Shown here in pieces: positions 1 to 6,890 of a stretch of 64,000 nt of DNA. This DNA is from a virus, in IMG/VR virus record IMGVR_UViG_3300017725_000001, positions 1-64,000 of that record. One strand, 5' to 3'. A program made the translations under genes and the position numbers. The notes under the pieces were generated by a model that worked only from the letters and a program-made list of their open reading frames with translations, did not search any database and was not told the DNA's origin. The stretch's first letter is position 1; the number at the start of each line of letters is the position of its first letter.

Positions 1-852
1 ATCAGCACGTAACAAATCATAACAAGGATTTTTATTTTTATCTATTGCTAATATCTGCATATGTTCTATTCCATTATGACGCCAGTTATAACCAACTCTA
101 GTATCTTCACCTTTTATAAATCCATCATATCTAATTACATCCCACAACATAAATCTAATATCTTTAGGATCTGCTTCTAATACTTTTTGATTATCTGTTT
201 CAATTATTTCTACGTCTTTTGTTACTACTGCGTGACCGTCAAATACTGTATTGTTACCTTGTGCAAGATTAATAAACTGTTTGTCATATATATTCCAACC
301 TTCTATGTCCTGGCCTGATTTGTCCTTATATGAAACTTTGTTTTTGTGAATTATTATGTTTACTCTTAGTCCTCTACTAATGGGCTGTACTGCCGCTGGA
401 AACTGATTAAACGTTTTATAATCTCCTGCACCTGGGTAACTTATAGGATAACTCATTATAAGTCCAGGCCAAACTTTGTTAATAGTTTCGCTTGTTAATC
501 CTAAATCTAAATCTTGTCTAATTAGCTTTATAAAAAGTGGTGCTTCTGTAATGTTTATATGCATCATTGCCATTTGACAAGAAAATTCTTTTTCTTTTTG
601 TGTAAATTTATCGTCAACAATATCATCAATGATATGTAAGAATTTAGGTATACTCATACCAAACTTTTTACCCATTCTTTTAGGTTCAAAGTTTTGCATT
701 TCAAGATTAATCCAAGGATTGTATGCTATGCTTATCACTCTTTTTAAGATAGCTTCTTTTTCGTATTGACACAATAAGTCATACTTGTCTTGTTGACTAG
801 TTTGTTGTTGCAGATTAGTGATGACTTGTGATAATAGGTGTACCTTGCTCAT
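1..852 (-). CDS. T4 gp30-like DNA ligase homolog, apparently catalytically inactive (runs off window, not in ORF track)
   Basis: Manual translation from ATG 852: MSKVHLLSQVITNL...LIRQDLDLGLTSETINKVWPGLI (T4 ligase DNA-binding-domain signature)...FPAAVQPISRGLR (motif I position; T4 has FPAFAQLKADGAR)...VFDGH (motif III, normally DGE)...FMLWDVI (IIIa). Frame open to position 1. Confidence 0.75.
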   Translation of the reverse strand, partial: MSKVHLLSQVITNLQQQTSQQDKYDLLCQYEKEAILKRVISIAYNPWINLEMQNFEPKRMGKKFGMSIPKFLHIIDDIVDDKFTQKEKEFSCQMAMMHINITEAPLFIKLIRQDLDLGLTSETINKVWPGLIMSYPISYPGAGDYKTFNQFPAAVQPISRGLRVNIIIHKNKVSYKDKSGQDIEGWNIYDKQFINLAQGNNTVFDGHAVVTKDVEIIETDNQKVLEADPKDIRFMLWDVIRYDGFIKGEDTRVGYNWRHNGIEHMQILAIDKNKNPCYDLLRAD

Positions 853-897
853 ATAACTATTTATGCTAGTTAACACTATAGTTTATGAGCAAGGGTA
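841..897 (-). promoter_or_regulatory. Hairpin sequestering the ATG at 852, with a late-type promoter box (CATAAATA, 858-865) at the loop
   Basis: Arms 841-860 (taccttgctcatataactat) and 878-897 (atagtttatgagcaagggta) are near-perfect inverted repeats. Confidence 0.7.
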
Positions 898-942
898 TTA
901 TTTACTTAAAAAGTCGTTTTCTTCTTCTGTGTATGGCCACAT
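898..942 (-). CDS. 14-aa micropeptide MWPYTEEENDFLSK
   Basis: TAATG overlap with the stop of the upstream small ORF suggests translational coupling. Confidence 0.45.
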   Translation of the reverse strand: MWPYTEEENDFLSK

Positions 943-1076
943 TATACTCTAAATCCTCTAGTTTGTAGCTTTCGTTGTCTTCTTTCGAGGTCAACTAAAT
1001 CTACTGAATTTGCTAGATAACGTTCACTTTCAGACATAGTGATATTTCTAAAAAATTTCTTAATTGCTTGTATCAT
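942..1076 (-). CDS. Small protein, DUF3563-like (44 aa)
   Basis: ERYLANSVDLVDLERRQRKL matches the E.YLA.S.D..DLE.R.R pattern; start moved to MIQAIKKFF. Confidence 0.65.
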   Translation of the reverse strand: MIQAIKKFFRNITMSESERYLANSVDLVDLERRQRKLQTRGFRV

Positions 1077-1248
1077 CTGATAGTAACGCCTTTGCTTCTT
1101 TATAGTAACCTTGTCTTGATAATTCAGCCGCCGCTCTTGCTCTGCCAATTGTTTCGAAGGTTTCAATTAACCTTGCAAAAAAGTTTTTTGTCCATTCTGC
1201 TACTGCATCGCACATAGCACAATAATTAGACGCCAAAGTATTCATCAT
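1060..1248 (-). CDS. Small protein resembling alphaproteobacterial DUF1127/RSP_7527-type proteins
   Basis: 62 aa; IGRARAAAELSRQGY amphipathic Arg-rich motif; overlaps neighbours operon-style. Confidence 0.55.
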   Translation of the reverse strand: MMNTLASNYCAMCDAVAEWTKNFFARLIETFETIGRARAAAELSRQGYYKEAKALLSDDTSN

Positions 1249-1459
1249 TTGTTATATCCTTTTTAATCGCTGTTTTTATTACGGCTGGTGTTTTAAATGG
1301 TACCGCACCTGGGTTATCTTTCATCCATTGAAAGGCATAACGCCAGTCATTACCATATTCTGTTTTTGCCCATAGTAGTAAGTCTGCATCTGATGACTTG
1401 TGTTTGGTAACAAAAACATCAGAAATAGCCGTTACAAGAGCACTCAAAGTTCGAGTCAT
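1226..1459 (-). CDS. Small hypothetical protein (77 aa)
   Basis: GGAG SD upstream; WAKTEYGNDWRYAF motif; first gene of the small-protein operon. Confidence 0.65.
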   Translation of the reverse strand: MTRTLSALVTAISDVFVTKHKSSDADLLLWAKTEYGNDWRYAFQWMKDNPGAVPFKTPAVIKTAIKKDITNDEYFGV

Positions 1460-1477
1460 CTTATTACTCCATTATAT

Positions 1478-1606
1478 GTTTGGGATACGTTCTCGGGAAA
1501 GCATCCATTTGTTCCAGTCTTTTCCGGTGTCAGTCGGTTTTGAGGCGTCGGCACGCCCTGGTCTTTCCCTAGTGCCTTCTCATTTTTTAAAAGCTGAGGT
1601 CGCTTT
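1478..1606 (-). ncRNA. Candidate structured leader RNA or sRNA
   Basis: GC-rich island in AT-rich DNA. Hairpins ggatgc..gtatcc, ccgg-aaaaga-ctgg, ggcgt-gccg-acgcc, ggcac..gtgcc; repeated GG(A)AAAGAC; lies downstream of the GATAAATA box at 1621-1628. Confidence 0.5.
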
Positions 1607-1699
1607 TTTGTATTCACTTTTATTTATCATCGCCATGCAAAAAATGCAGTCTATTTAGCAATGCCTGTGTGCAAGGCTGTTATGCTATTTGAGCAACAA

Positions 1700-2821
1700 T
1701 TATTTTACAGTGAATTGTTCGTAAGTTCTGTTGATGACATTATGCGTTCTTACAAATGTTGCACATTTTGGCATATCTTTTAAACGCCTTGCTCCAATGT
1801 AAGTAGCCGCAGATCTAACTCCACCTAGTATGTTTTCTACTGTATCGTTAATAGGTCCTCTATAAGGCATAACAATATGTCTACCTTCATTCCCTCTATA
1901 GCCATCTTTTCGTTTGCCATGTTTCTCTCTAGCACGATCTGAGCTCATACCATAAAACTCAACAAACTGTTGTTCTTCAAAGTGTGGAACATATGTTCCA
2001 TTATCTAGCTTATGAGCTCCACCAGTAGCAGTATGTTTAGTAATAATATTACCACCACCTTCTTTATGACCAGCTAACATTCCACCAATCATTACCATAT
2101 GAGCTCCACCGCCAAGTGCTTTAGCAATATCTCCTGGATGTACACAACCACCATCTGCCATAATATGTCCATCAACGCCATTTGCCGCATCTGCACATTC
2201 TAATATAGCTGAAAACTGTGGTACTCCAATACCTGTCATTGTTCTTGTAGTACATACTGATCCAGGCCCAATACCAATTTTAACTACGTCAGCACCATTT
2301 ATAATTAGTTCTTCTACCATTTCTGGAGTTACTACGTTGCCTGCTACAATAACTTTATCTGGATATTCTTCTCTTACCATTTTAATAAAGTCTACAAAAT
2401 TCTCGTGATAAGCATTGGCAACATCAACAGTAATCATTTTTACATCAGGAAATGATTTTAATACTGCCTGCATATTGGAATAATCTTCTGCGTCTGGATC
2501 GTACATACGATTTGTTCCTGTACATACACTTACACTCTGTAAACGTAAACCTGTACCTGCGGCCGCTTTCCATTCATCTAGTGTTGTACTTTTTGTAATT
2601 ACAGTCATCATTTTGTGTTCTTGTAATACTTTAGCAACTTCAAACGTACCTACACCATCCATATTACTAGCAAATATAGGGCAGAAGTCAATCACTTTAC
2701 CAGAGTTTCGGAATGTAAACTTTCTAGTCATTTGTACATCACGTCTACTTGATAGTGTAGAACGTTTTGGTTCCATTAATACATCTTCAAAATTTAGTTT
2801 AACTTCTTCACGCACTCTCAT
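1700..2821 (-). CDS. guaC: GMP reductase
   Basis: KRSTLSSRRDV, ASNMDGVG, KIGIGPGSVCTTR, ADGG, GGMLAGH, FYGMSS motifs; no CBS domain. Confidence 0.9.
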   Translation of the reverse strand: MRVREEVKLNFEDVLMEPKRSTLSSRRDVQMTRKFTFRNSGKVIDFCPIFASNMDGVGTFEVAKVLQEHKMMTVITKSTTLDEWKAAAGTGLRLQSVSVCTGTNRMYDPDAEDYSNMQAVLKSFPDVKMITVDVANAYHENFVDFIKMVREEYPDKVIVAGNVVTPEMVEELIINGADVVKIGIGPGSVCTTRTMTGIGVPQFSAILECADAANGVDGHIMADGGCVHPGDIAKALGGGAHMVMIGGMLAGHKEGGGNIITKHTATGGAHKLDNGTYVPHFEEQQFVEFYGMSSDRAREKHGKRKDGYRGNEGRHIVMPYRGPINDTVENILGGVRSAATYIGARRLKDMPKCATFVRTHNVINRTYEQFTVK

Positions 2822-3236
2822 TTTTCATTTCCTTTGTGTTAACCCGTTGCCTCAATTCTGTTGAACTGAATCTATGGTCTCGTTTATTAAAGTATAGAGA
2901 AATATCTCTCTGTTTACAGATATCTTTTCCTGTAAAATCTTTTTCTTTATATTCTTCACCTAATACTCGTACATTAATATTATACTTAGAAAGTATATCT
3001 TCTAAATCTTGTTCAGTAGTATATGGAATTATTTCATCTACATACCCTACTGCTTTTAATTGTGTATATCTTTCTACTACTGTTTGTATAGGTGAATTCT
3101 TTGTTGGTCTACTTATTGTAGGATCTGTTTGTAGTCCTACTATTAAATAATCACATTGTGCCTTAGCTTCTCGCAACATAGCAATATGCCCGGCGTGTAG
3201 TAAATCAAATGTTGAACAAGTAAATCCTATTTTCAT
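2808..3236 (-). CDS. Glycerol-3-phosphate cytidylyltransferase-like (TagD family)
   Basis: TFDLLHAGH (HxGH) and RDHRFSST motifs; 142 aa. Confidence 0.85.
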   Translation of the reverse strand: MKIGFTCSTFDLLHAGHIAMLREAKAQCDYLIVGLQTDPTISRPTKNSPIQTVVERYTQLKAVGYVDEIIPYTTEQDLEDILSKYNINVRVLGEEYKEKDFTGKDICKQRDISLYFNKRDHRFSSTELRQRVNTKEMKNESA

Positions 3237-3247
3237 TTAAATAATCC

Positions 3248-3523
3248 TTATAATATAAACAACTGTATAAAAGCCCAGCCGTTCATTAGAGTAAACCACG
3301 TACATAGTACAACTGCACTACTACCACGTCTGTATGTACTGAATACTGCAAGTATACTACCTACCAAATATAATGGAATAAAAATTTCTGTAGCAGGGTC
3401 AAGTATTGTAAAACTTAATATTGCACTTGCCATAATGAGAACTGTTGTCTCTACTATTTCTGCATAAAAGGCTAGCCTATCTTTAGCATAGCTTTCTTTA
3501 AAAAAATTTAATATTTTTGTCAT
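3248..3523 (-). CDS. Small membrane protein
   Basis: Three hydrophobic segments in 91 aa. Confidence 0.6.
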   Translation of the reverse strand: MTKILNFFKESYAKDRLAFYAEIVETTVLIMASAILSFTILDPATEIFIPLYLVGSILAVFSTYRRGSSAVVLCTWFTLMNGWAFIQLFIL

Positions 3524-4093
3524 TTATATTCCTAATATTCCGTATGCTTCATATGGTAACCAATGTGTATTCATTCTTTCTGGGTGCCATAATACTGTTA
3601 TAATGTTATCTAACTTCCAACTTTCGCAATTACCATCTTCATCTGTAGCTAAACAAGTGGCACCTGCAGGTATCTTATCTAATACTTCTTCGTGCCTACT
3701 ACAAACTTTAACTTCACTATCATTATAATATACGATATGATCGTGAGTATGTCTACCATTTTCTTTAATACTGCCTCCTAGGCTAGTAGTTAAGAATTGG
3801 CAACCTCTACTTATTCCTAAAATAGGTTTGTTGTACAGTCTTGCTAAATCTAACGTGTGCTTTTCGACTCTTAATCTATTTTCATTGTACTGCCAATTTC
3901 CGGGTATCATGCTATTGCCACCTGTGAACACTATAATATCGCTACTGACTATTAAATCTGTTTGATAATGATCTAAGTGATTTGGAATAGGCCGTAAAGT
4001 ATGTCCATTGAACATATCATAAAATCCGTGATCTATGCTGTCATATGGACCGTTTCGAAAGTCAATCACACGTTGCGTGATTGCTATTTTCAT
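3524..4093 (-). CDS. Class I glutamine amidotransferase / peptidase C26-like protein
   Basis: FTGG, PILGISRGCQ elbow (normally GICRG), WHPER. Confidence 0.8.
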   Translation of the reverse strand: MKIAITQRVIDFRNGPYDSIDHGFYDMFNGHTLRPIPNHLDHYQTDLIVSSDIIVFTGGNSMIPGNWQYNENRLRVEKHTLDLARLYNKPILGISRGCQFLTTSLGGSIKENGRHTHDHIVYYNDSEVKVCSRHEEVLDKIPAGATCLATDEDGNCESWKLDNIITVLWHPERMNTHWLPYEAYGILGI

Positions 4094-4104
4094 ATTTGTT
4101 TAAC

Positions 4105-4407
4105 TTACTCTGTTTTTTCTAATGTAACATCTAAAGGAAAACCATTTCTTCTGGCTTCTGTTACAGTTTCTACGCATTTTTGTTCTGCTACTTCGTAGCT
4201 ATAGGTGCCTGCTACACCTTTACCTTTTTTATGTACTTCTAACGTAATAGCTTCTGCTTTTGTTTTTGTTTTATTAAAAATAGTTTGGCATATATTAATA
4301 ACAAATTCCATAGGTGTAGAATCGTCATTGAGTAGTATTACACAATACTTAGGTGGAGATTTTAACTTTGTAATCTCTGCTACATCACTTGTCTGAGTTC
4401 TTGTCAT
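4105..4407 (-). CDS. clpS: Clp protease adaptor ClpS
   Basis: YCVILLNDDSTPMEFV...EVHKKGKGVAG...AEQK...FPL. Confidence 0.93.
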   Translation of the reverse strand: MTRTQTSDVAEITKLKSPPKYCVILLNDDSTPMEFVINICQTIFNKTKTKAEAITLEVHKKGKGVAGTYSYEVAEQKCVETVTEARRNGFPLDVTLEKTE

Positions 4408-4439
4408 AATTATGCCTTCCTATAAAGATATTTATAGAT

Positions 4440-4721
4440 CTATTTTGGTTTGTCCATAGCAATTCGTCTACGATGTCTAGCTTTACCAGCCGCTTCTGCT
4501 TTGATTCTTTTTTCCGTGTTACTTACAAAGTGTCTACGGTCACGAACTTCTTGCATTATACCTTCTTTTGCTATCATCTTTTTAAGTCTTCTCATAGCTT
4601 GTTCAAGGTTTCCGTTTCTAACTTCAACAGTTAAACCTTTTACTTTGGGTTGATCGTCACGTCTAGTAGGCCGTCTATCATTTGACTGCCAATTTTTTGT
4701 ATAGTTTTTATTATATGCCAT
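4440..4721 (-). CDS. rpsU: Ribosomal protein bS21 with N-terminal extension
   Basis: VEVRNGNLEQAMRRLKKMIAKEGIMQEVRDRRHF..NTEKR basic pattern. Confidence 0.85.
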   Translation of the reverse strand: MAYNKNYTKNWQSNDRRPTRRDDQPKVKGLTVEVRNGNLEQAMRRLKKMIAKEGIMQEVRDRRHFVSNTEKRIKAEAAGKARHRRRIAMDKPK

Positions 4722-4728
4722 ATGTTTT

Positions 4729-5250
4729 CTATGTTTTTCCAGTTACTCTGTGACTTTGAACACTAATATGTTCAAATTTGATATTAAGTTTTTCTGCAAA
4801 CTTATTTAGCACTTCTTTAGCGGACTCAGGTCTGCCACGTTCTCTGCCTTTCATTGTCACCATAACTGTTAGTTTGTTATTTTTATCTAAGAATTTACGA
4901 GCCATATTAGCTTTTGTTTCCAAATCATGGATATCAATGTTTACACCCATTCGTATTTCCTTAATTTCTACAATGCTTTCGCGTTGTTTCTTTTTAGCCA
5001 GCTTTTGTTTTTGCTTTAGCTCATACAAATGTTTATTGAGTGCGATAATTCTGCATACTGGTGGCTGAGCTTTTTCAGCTATTAGTACTAAATCTAACTC
5101 CATTTCTTTTGCTTTTGCTAAGGCTTCCTTTGTAGACATGACCTGACTATCGCCATCTGGAAAGGAAACTCGTATTTCTGCAAATTTAATACGTTCATTT
5201 GCAGTATACAAAGGTTTTGTATCTCTTCTTCTAAAATTCCTATTTTGCAT
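4729..5250 (-). CDS. infC: Translation initiation factor IF3
   Basis: NERI...EALAKAKEMELDLVLIAEKAQPPVCRI (IF3-N) and IKEIRM...DIHDLETK...KGRE (IF3-C); likely start MQNR. Confidence 0.9.
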   Translation of the reverse strand: MQNRNFRRRDTKPLYTANERIKFAEIRVSFPDGDSQVMSTKEALAKAKEMELDLVLIAEKAQPPVCRIIALNKHLYELKQKQKLAKKKQRESIVEIKEIRMGVNIDIHDLETKANMARKFLDKNNKLTVMVTMKGRERGRPESAKEVLNKFAEKLNIKFEHISVQSHRVTGKT

Positions 5251-6451
5251 TGGTGCTCTTAATGTAATGGGGTTCTGCGTTTTTAGAAATAACATCTTTT
5301 GTAATAATAATTTTGTTTATACCTTCACTGGACATTTCTGGTAACCTATATTGTAATTCAAGTAATGCACCATCAAGTATCTTACGCAACCCTCTGGCCC
5401 CTATTTCTTCTTTTATTGCTATGTCTGCTACCTCTTCCAATGCTTCCATTTTAAACTCTATTTGTATTTTGTCAAGTAAAAATAATTCTTTAATTTGCTC
5501 TACAATAGCATCTTTTGGTTCTGTTAATATCTTTACCAAGTCTTCTTTGCTTAGATGGGATAATACGTTGGTACTTGCAAACCTACCAATAAATTCTGGT
5601 ATTAATCCATACTTTACCAAGTCTTTGGTTTGTAAGTACTCTGTCCAATTTTCTATCTTATGACCTTCTTCACCATTAAAGCCTATTTTTGATTTACCAA
5701 GTCTATTAGCAACTACTTCTTCTAAACCAACAAATGCACCACCAACAATAAACAATATATTGGTTGTATCAACAATTACTTTTTCTGGATTACTTTGAGG
5801 CTTATTAGGTACTGTTACTTTACTACCTTCTATTAGCTTTAATAAACTTTGCTGAACTCCTTCACCACTTACATCTCTACTTAAACTTACAAAGTCATTA
5901 CGTTTTGCTTTTTTATCTATTTCGTCAACATAAATTATACCACGTTCTGCTCTTTCTACGTTGTAATCTGCCGCTTGAAATAATTTATGTATTAATACTT
6001 CTGCATCTTCTCCTGCATAACCGCTTTCGGTAATAACTGTAGCATCTGTTACAACAAATGGAACATCTAAATGATTGGCTAGTGTTTGTGCCATTAATGT
6101 TTTACCAGTTCCTGTAGGACCTGCAATAAACACATTTCCTTTTTGTAATTTTGTTTTTGTATCTGATGTAATTCTTCTATAATGATTATAAACTGCTACA
6201 CTTAAAGTTTTCTTTGCTTTATCTTGACTTATAACATAATCATCTAAATGCTTGTGTATTTCTCTAGGTGTAGGAAGATTAAATTTCTTTTCTATTGTAT
6301 TTTCTATTTTAATTTCATTGTTCTGTAATATGCCGTGACATAACTCTACACAATCAGAACAAATGTGCATAGCATTTTCACCTGCTAATAATTTTTTTAC
6401 TTGGTTTCTACCTTTTCCGCAAAAATTGCAGATTATATCATTTGGTCTCAT
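5240..6451 (-). CDS. clpX: ATP-dependent Clp protease ATPase ClpX
   Basis: C4 zinc finger CNFC/CSDC, GPTGTGKT, DEIDK, RDVSGEGVQQSLLK, IGF loop, GARGLR. Confidence 0.95.
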   Translation of the reverse strand: MRPNDIICNFCGKGRNQVKKLLAGENAMHICSDCVELCHGILQNNEIKIENTIEKKFNLPTPREIHKHLDDYVISQDKAKKTLSVAVYNHYRRITSDTKTKLQKGNVFIAGPTGTGKTLMAQTLANHLDVPFVVTDATVITESGYAGEDAEVLIHKLFQAADYNVERAERGIIYVDEIDKKAKRNDFVSLSRDVSGEGVQQSLLKLIEGSKVTVPNKPQSNPEKVIVDTTNILFIVGGAFVGLEEVVANRLGKSKIGFNGEEGHKIENWTEYLQTKDLVKYGLIPEFIGRFASTNVLSHLSKEDLVKILTEPKDAIVEQIKELFLLDKIQIEFKMEALEEVADIAIKEEIGARGLRKILDGALLELQYRLPEMSSEGINKIIITKDVISKNAEPHYIKSTNAK

Positions 6452-6890
6452 CAAAATACTCTGGGTTCATTTGTAACCTTATATAGTTATGTACATCTTC
6501 CATCTTAGTGACTACTAAATTTTCGCCTGTTGCGTTTATTAGTTTTATCGTATCTCTTCTAGTGTACTTATCACTGTAAAACAGTACAACTTTTTCATCG
6601 TCTCTTGGTTTCATTAATCCTGCAATTATATCTGCTTCTGCACAGGTATCAAGATCAATAATCATAAATTCACAAGTTTTTGATACGTTCCATAGCCATG
6701 GTAGGGTATTTGAGTTAGTTAGTTTATTTTGTATATAGAATACAATGCTTGTTGCAATATATTTTTCAAATATATCTTTTACTTTTGTTATTAACTTTTG
6801 ATTGGTACTGGTTATTAGTACACTTACACCGTGTTCAGTCAACATTAAATCAGGAGGTGTGACTGTGTAAGAACTATTGTCTAATTTCAT
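6438..6890 (-). CDS. Hypothetical protein
   Basis: 150-aa ORF coupled to both neighbours. Confidence 0.6.
   Translation of the reverse strand: MKLDNSSYTVTPPDLMLTEHGVSVLITSTNQKLITKVKDIFEKYIATSIVFYIQNKLTNSNTLPWLWNVSKTCEFMIIDLDTCAEADIIAGLMKPRDDEKVVLFYSDKYTRRDTIKLINATGENLVVTKMEDVHNYIRLQMNPEYFDETK

Noticed and set aside
1500-1580. Glycine or c-di-GMP riboswitch assignment for the structured leader
   Set aside because: GGAAAGAC is reminiscent, but the CCGAAG and CUCUCAGG cores (glycine) and the GEMM core are absent.
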